DNA from: Eledone cirrhosa
Taxonomy: Eukaryota
Reading direction: 5' to 3'
NCBI GenBank assembly: GCA_964016885.1
Contig: OZ024741.1
Span: forward strand, 331,080,001 to 331,144,000
DNA: 64,000 bases
The position numbers were made by a program, and so were the translations under genes. Positions 53,302-64,000 of this stretch are shown here, piece after piece (position 1 is the first letter of the stretch; each line of letters starts with the position of its first letter). Below the pieces are notes generated by a model. The model was not told the DNA's origin, searched no databases, and saw nothing but the letters and a program-made list of their open reading frames with translations.

Positions 53302-55485
53302 AGTCCTGGGTTCAATCGGGGATAACCACAGCAGTAAGGTATTCATTGATTACTAGATGCGGGCGACGTCATCTTTTCGCTCTCTCTGTCACACGAAATA
53401 CGCCAACACTACACCTGATATTCCCTCTCCATACACACGCACGCATGTCTGTGTGTCTGTGTGTATATCATGACTCATACACTGTTCACTTTCCTGATAT
53501 TTGTGGATTGGCAGTATCAGTAGAGAGTCTGACACCATGCTTTGCAGCATAGAGTTACGGCCCTTTATGATCTGAGTTCAAATTCCGCCGAGGTTAACTT
53601 TGCCTTTTATCCTTACGGGGTCGATAAAATAAAGTACCAGTAATGCACTGGGTAATTGCAGGCCTTGTGCCAAAAGTAGAAACAATTATTATACACACAC
53701 ACGGGTGGTGGATTTGCAGTATCGGTAGAGGGTTGGTCACCATGCTTTGTAGGATAGAGTTGCGGCCCTTTACGGTTTGAGTTGAAATCCCGCCGAGGTT
53801 AACTTTGCTTTTCATCCTTACAGGGTCGATAAAATAAAGTACCAGTAATGCACTGGATAATTGTTGGCCTTGTGCCTAAAGTAGAAACAATTATTATGCA
53901 CATACGCACACATAAAAAAGTGAATTTGTTTGTTAATTATTTGTCTCAGTTACTTCCCTTGATAAAGTGCAAAATAGTTTTTTTTTTGTCTTTGAATTAT
54001 ATCCCTTTAAAGCAATTTTATTTCATCGTGAGTTATCTCACTTGAAAAATAATATTTTTCTTTGCTTCGTGTCTAAGAAGAAATAACGGAAAAGGTTATA
54101 TTTTCATTTCGTAGACGTAAAAGTTTAACTTAGTCCCCTACCAGGATTTGGCTCAACCACTAGATTGAACCATGATCTGTAGTTCTGAAAATTGAACGTA
54201 ATATACGAGGTTATCTTTCCAGAAAGCTAGATAGTATTCGGCTACGATTGTGTATTCACATCAGCACTACATCGAGATAAAAAATGGTTATAAATTCCTA
54301 CTCTAATTAGGTAAACACTCGTATATATAACCATTGGCAAAGTTTGAACTTTGAAATGTAGTCTTTCCAATATGAAAATGACCATAATAATACATGAGAA
54401 AATCGGGTTCGGGTATTCAACCCATAGAGGCGAATGAACACTGACCCATATATATGTAGCGAAGTCTCGACACATTTTCCCACGATGGTTTTTTTAATCT
54501 GCCATACACGACCACCTTAAGACTGACCTACGACTTCAGAGCCACAAACTTAGATAACGTTCTCTTCTAAGAGGCTCAAGGCATCACGATGTCTGAAAAG
54601 AAGACAGTTTTTACTGGGCAGCCTAATCTTTTGATACACAAGAGATTTTCAACCAGCAGACACATTTGGCTTTTTGACTCTGCAACAGATAAATCGCTTG
54701 TTTTCGTCAGCCTTGCAATATAACCACATTCACAGTCACACACTCTTGCTGCTAACCAGCCTTGCTGGGATCGGCATTAGATGAGATCGTTACCAACGTA
54801 GGTTAGTATATATTAGTGAATTGGCAGTATCGGTAGAGGGTCGGACACCATGCTTTCCAGCATAGTTACGTCCCCTTACGGTCTGAGTTCAAATCCTGTC
54901 GAGGTTAACTTTTCCTTTCATCCTTACGGGGTCGATAAACTAAAGTACCAGTAATGCACTGGGTAATTGCTGGCCTTGTGCCAAAAGTAGAAACAATTAT
55001 TACATTCAGTAATGCACTGGGATGATTGCTGGCCTTGTGCAAAAGTAGAAACAATTATTACATTCGCACACGTGACAAACTCCAACTATAGACATCTTTT
55101 CCCACTGTTCAAAGTAAATCATGTTACAAATAAAAAGATTAAATTAGCGGTGTCTTGTTCATTTGTTAAATCTTGTCCATGTGATACGGAAAAAATCATG
55201 GTACACCACAACAAGCGAGTACAACAACTTATTCCCTTGAACATGGTAAATCTTCTCTCGACTCACTTAGTGGATTGGCAGTATCGGTAGAGGGTCGGAC
55301 ATCATGCTTTGTAGCATAGAGTTACGGCCCTTTATGATCTGAGTTCAAATCCCGCCGAGGTTAACTTTGCCTTTCATCCTTTTGGGGTCGAGAAAATAAA
55401 GTACCAGCTACGCACTGGGGTCGATTTAATCGACTTTCTTCTTCTCCAAAATTGCTGGCCTTGTGCCTATATAAGAAACCATTAT
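53143..55485 (+). mobile_element. Cluster of tRNA-derived SINEs (53143-53210, 53503-53691, 53703-53895, 54816-55060, 55270-55485)
   Basis: Family consensus matches; several are head-to-tail. Confidence 0.85.
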
Positions 55486-55525
55486 TTGACGAACACGCTA
55501 CTCACTAATCAACTTCACAGTTCAT

Positions 55526-55585
<60 letters not shown>

Positions 55586-55840
55586 AAATGAATGAATCAA
55601 CCAGGCAACAACAACAGCACAACAAACAAACCAAAACTTATATTATCCATCGCTATGCGAAACAGTTTACCAAATACTGTCTGGATGTTCTCGATAGTTA
55701 TCACAAACGGTTTGTTTTTTCTTGATTCTTTCTTTTAATTGAGTCTGGCTGACCGTTTTGTTTATAGTTAGTATACCGTTCAACTTAGCAAATTTTGATC
55801 TGAATACAGATGTGTATATATCTGTGTTCTCTCTTTATTG

Positions 55841-55892
<52 letters not shown>

Positions 55893-55898
<6 letters not shown>

Positions 55899-56920
55899 GA
55901 CGTAAAATAAGAAAATTATAAAAATTAACTTACTTACTAAAATTTCACTCCAACTAATTAGTTTCTGAAAGGGAATAAACATGGTTTCCGATTGGAACAA
56001 CATGGAGAAAAATCCTTTCGTCATCAGGGAGATCTATTCTCAGCTAAGTTCCCAGGCAATGCGTGGACACAGGGAACTTATACAAAAATAATTCAGTGGA
56101 TGGAAAAAAGCAAGCGAGGACTAAATTCCAGGACATTGAAAAAATCACTGCCTACTTGGTCGATTCAAAATAATCAATCACGTGACATCGAGGTCAATCA
56201 GTGAGGAGTGGGGTGCTAATAAGAGAGTAGCCTGACTATTACTATGAAACATAGTAGTAGTTTTGGCAAATTTTTGCTCAACAAAATAATTTGGAGATAA
56301 TTATAAAGAATTAGTATATCTACCAACATATATATACACATATGCTGGCAAATATATAGGTTTTGTCTTAGTAACTTTGTGGTTCAATGCAAGGGGATAC
56401 AGAACAATTATATGAAAGACGTAAAATAAGAAAATTATAAAAATTAACTTACTTACTAAAATTTCACTCCAACTAATTAGTTTCTGAAAGGGAATAAACA
56501 TCACTGATTGACCTCGATGTCACGTGATTGATTCTTTTGAATTTGCCACCGTCCAAGTAGGCAATGATTTTTTCAATGTCCTGGAATTTAGTCCTCGCTT
56601 GCTTTTTTCCATCCACTGAATTATTTTTGTATAAGTTCCATGTGTCCACGCATTGCCTGGGAACTTAGCTGAGAATAGATCTCCCTGATGACGAAAGGAT
56701 TTTTCTCCGTGTTGTTCCAATCGGAAACCATGTTTATTCCCTTTCAGAAACTAATTAGTTGGAGTGAAATTTTAGTAAGTAAGTTAATTTTTATAATTTT
56801 CTTATTTTACATCTTTCATATAATTGTTCTGCATCCCCTTGCATTGAACCACAAAGTTACTAAGACAAAACCTATATATTTGCCAGCATACGTATATATA
56901 TGTTGGTAGATATACTAATT

Positions 56921-56927
<7 letters not shown>
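55893..56927. repeat. Direct plus inverted segmental rearrangement resembling Penelope pseudo-LTRs
   Basis: 55893-55982 is repeated at 56413-56501. 56501-56927 is the reverse complement of 55982-56204 joined to 56303-56500. CTGATGA...GAAAC at 56685-56728. Confidence 0.8.
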
Positions 56928-56996
<69 letters not shown>

Positions 56997-57062
56997 GTTA
57001 TTCCGGGTTGAATCGGAGGTAACCACAGTAAGTAAGGTACTCAATACATAGCAGAGTATAAC

Positions 57063-57169
57063 AGTTTTAATATAGAAGAGATTCTACAGGACTAGAACTG
57101 TTTCATTCATTAGAAATGATTTCTAATGAATGAAACAGTTCTAGTCCTGTAGAATCTCTTCTATATTAA

Positions 57170-57173
<4 letters not shown>
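57063..57173. repeat. Perfect palindrome with 55-bp arms and a 1-nt centre
   Basis: agttttaatatagaag...cattagaaat-g-atttctaatg...cttctatattaaaact. Confidence 0.95.
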
Positions 57174-57225
<52 letters not shown>

Positions 57226-57228
<3 letters not shown>

Positions 57229-59182
57229 ATATATTAACAAATGGAAACTATATTTATAAAACCATAAATGTAATTGATAAATGTAATTGTAGAAATAAAT
57301 CTAACTGTCCTCTAAATAATAATTGTTTAGTTAAAAATATAGTATACAATTGTAATGTTAAAACAAATGTAAACTCCTTTAATTATGTAGGCTCTACCTC
57401 CACAGACTTCAAGTCCCGTTTTAATAACCATAAATGTTCTTTTACGAATATTGGTAAAAAATCTTCAACTTCTCTATCTAACTTACTATGGGACTTGAAA
57501 TCCAAGAACATTAACTATTCTTTACTTTGGAATATTATTTTCAAAGCTCCTTCATACACTGCTTTATCCCAAAATTGTTCCCTTTGTGTCGAAGAAATAT
57601 TCTTTGTACTAAAAAGTAAGAACTCTATTAATTTGAGGAACAATTTATTCAGTTCCTGCAAACATCGTTTAAATTCAACTTTTAAATATATATATAAAAT
57701 GTAATATACGATGTATCTCTTTTACATAATGTCTTCTATATCTATATATGATTCATATACTTAATTTATTTTCTATTATCTCTACTTCACATATATATTA
57801 TTACACCTATCGATAGATTATAAAATTCCTTTATATGAGCTTGAAACTCCTTTAAGGAAATTTTTTTCTTGAAAAACTTACGGAAGGGTTTAAGAGAATC
57901 TTTTGAAAATTCCTTTGAAAGATATAGAAAAACTATATTTTTATATTTTTATATTCTTATATTTTCAAACGTTTTTAATATATATATCCAAATGTTTATA
58001 TATATGTGGAAAAACATGATTTTTTATATATATGTGGAGAAACCTATGGTTTTATGCTTTAAATATATTCTTAAGAAAACTTTTTTTAAATGTTTTAACT
58101 TTATAGCAAGTAAATTTATGACTTCGTATAAAATAACATAAGATTTTAATTATATTCTTAAGATAGAAAATTTAACTTCTTAACTTTATAGCATTTAATC
58201 CTTAGAGTCATCTGAGTTCTTAAAAAATCACTTATAACTTCCTTTACGCTTGCTTCTTTACTGGTTTTATAATATAACTAGGTGGTTATTCTTTTGTAAA
58301 CTCTCGAAAATTTTCAATAAATTTAGAATTATTTGATGTTTAAAATTTTTTGACTTACAACTTTTAATAAAATAAACTATATTAAATTTGCTCTAATGTA
58401 AAATAATATATATTTATTTAAATAATTTATAATCCTTAACATACAAATTTAAACTAATTATTAAATTATTAAATTAAATCTTTAATCTAATTTTTCAACC
58501 TATCATTATAAATATTATAATCAAAACATAATGAATCCTGCATTATAAATATTCTTCTTCCACGCTATTCTCATTTCTTCTTTTCTTCATTTCTCCTTTC
58601 ACGTAAATATACTTACGCTGTATTTGTCCTTTTAAACTAATCTCTTCTCTCACTTAAAAATATACTTACGCTCTTCTCTTCACGCTATTTTCACTGTCAA
58701 AATATATATAATCGTTCTTTCTTTTCCTCTCCCATCTTTGTCATTCCTTCTTCTTTTTTTTCTTTCTTTCTTTTTTCTCTCTCCCTCACATATCACCTTC
58801 TTCCAACAGTTTAATTTAAATAAACCGTTATATTTTCAACCTTTAGGACACTCATTTGCATACTCAATCATAATTTTCTATCACCCTCAATAAATGTACT
58901 ATCTCCACTATCCAGGAAGCTCCAACCGTTAAGGTTGTCTTTTTTCAGGGTATGTCAATATTTATTTATAAAACAAATCTGTATTGTATTTTATCTGATG
59001 AAAGCGCACCATAATTTGCCTTGGTGGCCCTTGAAATATGGCCCTGTAAATATGGTTTTATAAATATAGTTTCCATTTGTTAATATATTGTATATTTACT
59101 CCACTAATCTGTTGAGTGCTTTATATCAGTTATAAATTTCTTTTAAGCTTGTTGAATCCCAACAAATTAAATATAACCTCTG
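57226..59182 (+). mobile_element. 5'-truncated Penelope-like element: GIY-YIG endonuclease (open frame 57279-57704) and long AT-rich 3' region
   Basis: CNCRNKSNCPL...NIVY...NYVGST..FKSRFNNH..SF...STSLS..LW.LK...CSLC..E...N.R......CKH. 57226-57265 is an inverted copy of 59051-59091. CTGATGA...GAAA at 58995-59036. Confidence 0.88.
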
Positions 59183-59243
59183 CATATATATATATATATA
59201 TATATTTATATAAGAAATGTAAATCTGAGTTTTTCGAATATTA

Positions 59244-59433
59244 ATAATTGTTTCTACTTTAGGCACAAGGCCAGCAATTACCCAGTGCATTACTGGTACT
59301 TTATTTTATCGACCCCGTAAGGATGAAAGGCGAAGTCAACCTGGGCGGGATTTGAACTCAGATCGTAAAGGGACGTAACTATGCTGGAAAGCATGGCGTC
59401 CGACCCTCTACCGATACTGCCAATCCACCGCCC
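59244..59433 (-). mobile_element. tRNA-derived SINE with an 18-bp target-site duplication
   Basis: ttttcgaatattaataat on both flanks. Confidence 0.92.
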
Positions 59434-59658
59434 GAATTTTCGAATATTAATAATGATATTCGATTCGTTTGCTATTATGCAAACAAGCCTCATAAGCCAT
59501 GTCAGTAGAATGACCCTGCCATTCTTTCTCTTGTGTTGGCATATAAACATAACGGCAAATACTGTTTCTGGGTTATTACCCTTCATCAGTACCATATCCT
59601 GTTTACCTGCCAACTGTCAGAGTTAGTGAAAATATATATTTTCTGGAATATACAGTGA

Positions 59659-60175
59659 CTAGCTAAAGTACCCAGCTTCGCCTGGGTAAACATGATAAGC
59701 GAAGAGTGGTAGAATAGAAGACGACTGTATTGGATGTGATGTTTGGTTTACAGTATGGTGTGTGTGTGTGACAAAAAAAAAAAAAGCTAAAAACTCTTCC
59801 AGATACACCAGGTTCTTCGTTTTACCGTTTGTGCATAGTATAGGATTTCTAGGTGTTTTCACTCGTGAACAACCTACATATAACTGCCCCATGGGTAAAA
59901 ACCGATTCACTCATATTCAATCCTACAACTTTGAAACTTTGACCCGGAGCTTTATTTATGGTCATAGCTAAACTGACTCTAACAGAGAACCGAAGTCTTG
60001 AGAATTTGAACGGCATTTCGGTAGAAAAAGGGATGATTGCCTCCAAGAATAATAAGCTCTGGGAGATGGTTCATCATCAGCCTGACTGTTAAGCGTGTGC
60101 CATTGCATAGACGTGGTTGGTCCAGGTTTCACAAAAAGGATAATGGGGTTTCCAATCTTTTATATTATATGTAGA
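59659..60175 (-). mobile_element. 517-bp non-autonomous Helitron carrying the Pif1 C-terminus
   Basis: Minus strand starts TCTACATATAATATAAAAG and ends with hairpin acccag..ctgggt plus CTAG|T. Carries RLCNGTRL, AMTINKA.GQS and GQLYVGCSRV. Confidence 0.85.
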
Positions 60176-60428
60176 CTAGCTGGTCCCGTGCCGTCAAAAA
60201 TGACGGCCAATTGTAATATTTTATATTTAAAAATGGTACAAAACAATGTTTAATAATTCTTTTATTACAAACTTTTTTTAATGAAAAAACTATCCGCAAC
60301 TAACATAGATAACCAAGGTATCTTGGTGTGCATATGTATGAGTATACAAATATAAACAAACAAACACACTCACACAAGTATAAATATATTCACACAAACA
60401 CATATATACTCACATACACTCACACAAT

Positions 60429-60621
60429 AATAATTGTTTCTACTTTTGGCACAAGGCCAGCAATTACCCAGTACATTACTAGTACTTTATTTTATCGACT
60501 CCGTAAGGATGAAAGGCAAAGTTAACCTCGGCGGGATTTGAACTCAGATCATAAAGGGACGTAACTCTATGCTTCAAAGCATGGCATCCGACTCTCTACC
60601 GATACTGCCAATCCACCGCCC
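60429..60621 (-). mobile_element. tRNA-derived SINE (short subtype)
   Basis: Family consensus match. Confidence 0.9.
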
Positions 60622-60958
60622 TAGCCACTTACCATACAGATTAATAGGCAAAGTTATAAACTATTGTAAATAAACCTATCAGACTGTCACAGAAGAATGA
60701 AATAATTCGTTACACATGTAATTACACAAGTGTAATGCATCTCAGAACGCTGGTCGCTGTTTTCTATAGTTTGTCACCACCTCCTTCCTTCTTCAGTCAT
60801 TTCCCTTTCAGTGCGTGACGGACAATTATATAAATAAATAAATAAACACACATCGCTATTATTATAGTTGTTGTTGAAGATGATGAGGATGATGATGATG
60901 ATATAGATATATAAACTAGCTGATCCCGTGTCATAAAAAATGATGGCTAATTGTAATA

Positions 60959-61632
60959 TCCCTACATAATATAAAAAAAGAGATGTTTGTTGGTTGGTTG
61001 GTTGGTTCCTTCGCGCTCACTCACACAAGTGATATAAACACACAGCTATGACAAATCTCAGGGAGTGTTATGCACATAAAAATTCAACTTTTTGATCCCC
61101 TAGGGCCCGCATTTGGTGAAAAACTGCGTTTTTTCAGCTTTTTAGGTTTTTTTTGAGGCGTTACGTCAGACCGATTTCCTTGAAATTGTAACTATGTATT
61201 AGTCAGTCTCTTCTTCCTACCGTGAGCAAAGAAAATCCAACTTTTTATGGCCTAGAGCCCACATTAGGTGAAAAATTCATTTTTTCAGCTTTTTAGGGCT
61301 TTTTTGAGGCGTGACGTCAATCGCATTCAGAGTTATTTCCCTTGGACTGTTTCCAGAGTTATTTCCTTTGGATTATATTGTATTATTAGAAGTCTAATTT
61401 AGGCATATTATGCACAAAATTCTTTTTCTTGATTTCCTAGAGCCCGCATTAGGTGAAAACCTACATTTTTCCTGCTTCATTGAGGAAAATCTTAAAGATT
61501 ATCCAGCCATCAGAGTATTCGGTTTATTTTCTTTACATATTGTCGAGGTATGCAGTTTTTCCACGATTAGGTCTGTTGGCGGCCCGCGTTCCAAAATACC
61601 TTATCCCGTGCAACGCTGGGTACCACTGTTAG
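60959..61632 (+). mobile_element. Non-autonomous Helitron-like element with internal tandem repeats
   Basis: A|TCCCTACATAATATAAAA start; ctag(g/a)gccc.catt.ggtgaaaa three times; 3' cccg..tggg hairpin then ttag|T. Confidence 0.6.
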
Positions 61633-61959
61633 TATATAAATATAATTTACATAAACACACATATTCACGCACACAAACACTCAAATAATCATAACAGCCA
61701 ATGTGTGTAGCCAATTCACTATACATATACACACACAGACGCTGTTTTCTGGAATTTGGTCACAGCCCCCTTTCTTCCTCAGTCATCTCTTGTGAGTTAC
61801 GGACAAATACACAAGCGTATAATATATTATTAGATGTGTGTGTGTGAGTGTGTGTGTGTGTGTGTGCGTGCGCGTGCATGCGCGGATAAACCAGCGTCCG
61901 AATCCACGGAGACTCTGGCCGCGAAACTCGAGCATTATATATATATATATATATATATA

Positions 61960-62013
61960 TAAATGTAAGTATGTATACGTACATACATATATGTATACAG
62001 ACGTACAGTAGCA

Positions 62014-62065
<52 letters not shown>

Positions 62066-62446
62066 TATACACATATGCATACAGGTACACATACATATAT
62101 GCACGCATCAGTTTAGCCGACGTTTATTATAACGCCTGCTTTGTTCGTTTGTTTATCAACAAATCGAACAGCCTGAATTTATGCCATACGGTGTTAAGGC
62201 AACCACGTCACCCTTTTGTTCAACACTGACACAGGAACGATGTACTAGTTTCAAGCTTGTTAGCTATCATCAGCACCGTTTACCCATCTGCCAGATAGTT
62301 GAACGTTCGTTGCCTTAACACCGTATGGCATAAATTCAGGCTGTTCGATTTGTTGATAAACAAACGAACAAAGCAGGCGTTATAATAAACGTCGGCTAAA
62401 CTGATGCGTGCATATATGTATGTGTACCTGTATGCATATGTGTATA

Positions 62447-62534
<88 letters not shown>

Positions 62535-62591
62535 TGCTACTGTACGTCTGTATACATATATGTATGTACGTATACATACATACTTACATTT
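61960..62591. repeat. Long inverted repeat (arms 61960-62203 and 62309-62591, 105-bp spacer)
   Basis: Arms look identical by eye apart from microsatellite length. Confidence 0.92.
62236..62280 (-). ncRNA. Minimal type I hammerhead ribozyme motif
   Basis: Minus strand: AACGGTG-CTGATGA-TAGCT-AACA-AGCTT-GAAAC-TA-GTA-CATCGTT. 7-bp stem I, AGCT/AGCT stem II, palindromic ACTAGT stem III. Confidence 0.78.
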
Positions 62592-62868
62592 AAGTAAGTG
62601 CCATACTAAGAGTGAGAAATGAAATTTCGTTTTCATTTTTTTTCAACTTATATATATATATATATATATATGAATAAAAGTCGAATCGTGCCAATCCGTT
62701 CATGAGATGAATGAGTTAAAATGAAGGAAGGGGGATGGTGAAAATTCTACGGCGAAAAAAATAATCAGCGTTTCAACTTTTGCACAAAGCTCTGTGTGAG
62801 TATATATGTGTGTGTGTGAAGGTATGAGAGTGTGAAAGGGAGGAAGGGAAATGGCGTAAAAACTATTG

Positions 62869-63520
62869 TCATCAACATCATCATCATCATTGTCATCATC
62901 ATCGTTGACGTCGTCGTCATCATCGTCATCATGATTATGAGCATCATCATTGTCATCATCTTCGTCATCATCCACAACATCATCATCATCATAATCATCA
63001 TCATCACCATCAACAACATCATTATCGCTAGGGTGCCACACTATGGCACTGGGAAGCTCGGGTGACACAGTATGGCAATATGGAGCTAAGGTGACGCAGT
63101 ATGGCAATGGTGAGATACGGTGCCAAAATAAGGCCCTTTGAAGCTAGGGTGCCACACTATGGCACTGTGGAGCTAGGGTGGCACACTATGCAATGGGGTG
63201 GATAGGGTGGATAGTATGACATTAGGAAGGTAGGAGGACAAAATACGGCACTTCGAAGATAAGGTGCCGCAGTATGGCACTGCGGAGCTAGAGTGGCACA
63301 CTATGGAACTGGGGAGCTTCAGTGACACAGTATGGAAATATGGAACTAGGGTGACCCCCAAATGGCAATGTGGAGATAGGATGGTAAAATCTCAGTACAT
63401 CGCAGCTAGGGTGCCGCACATTGCACTGCGGAGCTAGGGTGGCACACTATGCAACTGGAGAGCTTCAGTGACACAGTATGGAAATATGGAACTAGGGTGA
63501 CCCCCTATGGCATTGGGTAG
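62869..63520. repeat. (CAT)n tract followed by a 30-31 bp GC-rich minisatellite
   Basis: gctagggtgccacactatggcactgtgga variants from 63027, with higher-order repetition. Confidence 0.85.
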
Positions 63521-64000
63521 ATAGGATAGGAGAATATAGCATATACACATTACATATACACACTAATTATTACATACGTAGCGTTCTATGTATGAGTTAT
63601 GTATGATATGTAAATATAAATGTGTGTGAGTAAAAGTGAGGTAGAGGAATGCTGAAAAACACTACTGCAAAGACAGCTAACATACTTCCAAACTTTGTTA
63701 CGTTCTGTGTGAGTGTGTGTATGACTGTATGTTTGTGTTTGTGCGAATGCATTTGCATACATTTATATGTATGAGTATATAAATATAAACGCGCAAACAC
63801 AGACACACAAAAACACACACTCACAGACATACATTCACCCAAACACACATACATTTACACAAACACACACATATGCATACATATACACACACATACATAC
63901 CATTCCCACAAACACACACATACATTCAAGAGGTGGCAGGGTGGGGTGGATTATTACTCGAGAATTGGTGGAGTGGGGTGAGAGGTTATTCGAGAGGTGG

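Noticed and set aside
54560-54760. Minus-strand CDCECGYIAR... resembling a GIY-YIG start
   Set aside because: Downstream R/E/H motifs are missing; too weak to call.
55992-56909. Duplicated 66-79 aa ORFs (MEQHGEK.., MTKGFF..)
   Set aside because: By-products of the local inverted duplication, with no recognisable domain.
61895-61935. GAAACTCGAG hammerhead-like half
   Set aside because: The CUGANGA box is absent.
62700-63107. Poly-Asp and poly-Met ORFs
   Set aside because: (CAT)n microsatellite.
63027-63520. 30-bp palindromic repeats as a CRISPR array or a 10-aa repeat protein (ARVPHYGT..)
   Set aside because: Contiguous units without spacers, and frequent 1-nt length changes and stops.

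Overview
AT-rich, repeat-dense animal genomic DNA. The very long TA microsatellites and the tRNA-SINE/RTE/Penelope repertoire resemble octopus/cephalopod DNA; this is an inference, not a database result. The one host gene is a plus-strand MARCH5/MARCHF5 (MITOL, RING-CH E3 ligase) with five coding exons (3430-3632, 13437-13567, 20680-20866, 23733-23896, 25038-25205). Its start exon was not identified. The rest is mobile DNA: three degenerate Tx1/L1-group LINEs, several RTE fragments, an R4/Dong 3' fragment, a decayed Helitron carrying a solo LTR, small Helitrons, a deleted mariner, TTAA MITEs, a Penelope-like GIY-YIG fragment, hammerhead-ribozyme motifs, many SINEs, and a 5.6-kb TA array. Best lead: all three Tx1-like LINEs carry a 5' splice donor and pyrimidine tract between ORF1 and ORF2. 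In two copies with different intron phases, removing the spacer would join ORF1 to ORF2 in frame. Other leads: a nest of different retroelements sharing (ATT)n tracts, tandem decoy splice sites next to three MARCH5 exons, and a minimal hammerhead inside a long inverted repeat. Most ORF-track entries are microsatellite or antisense artefacts. All alignments were done by eye.
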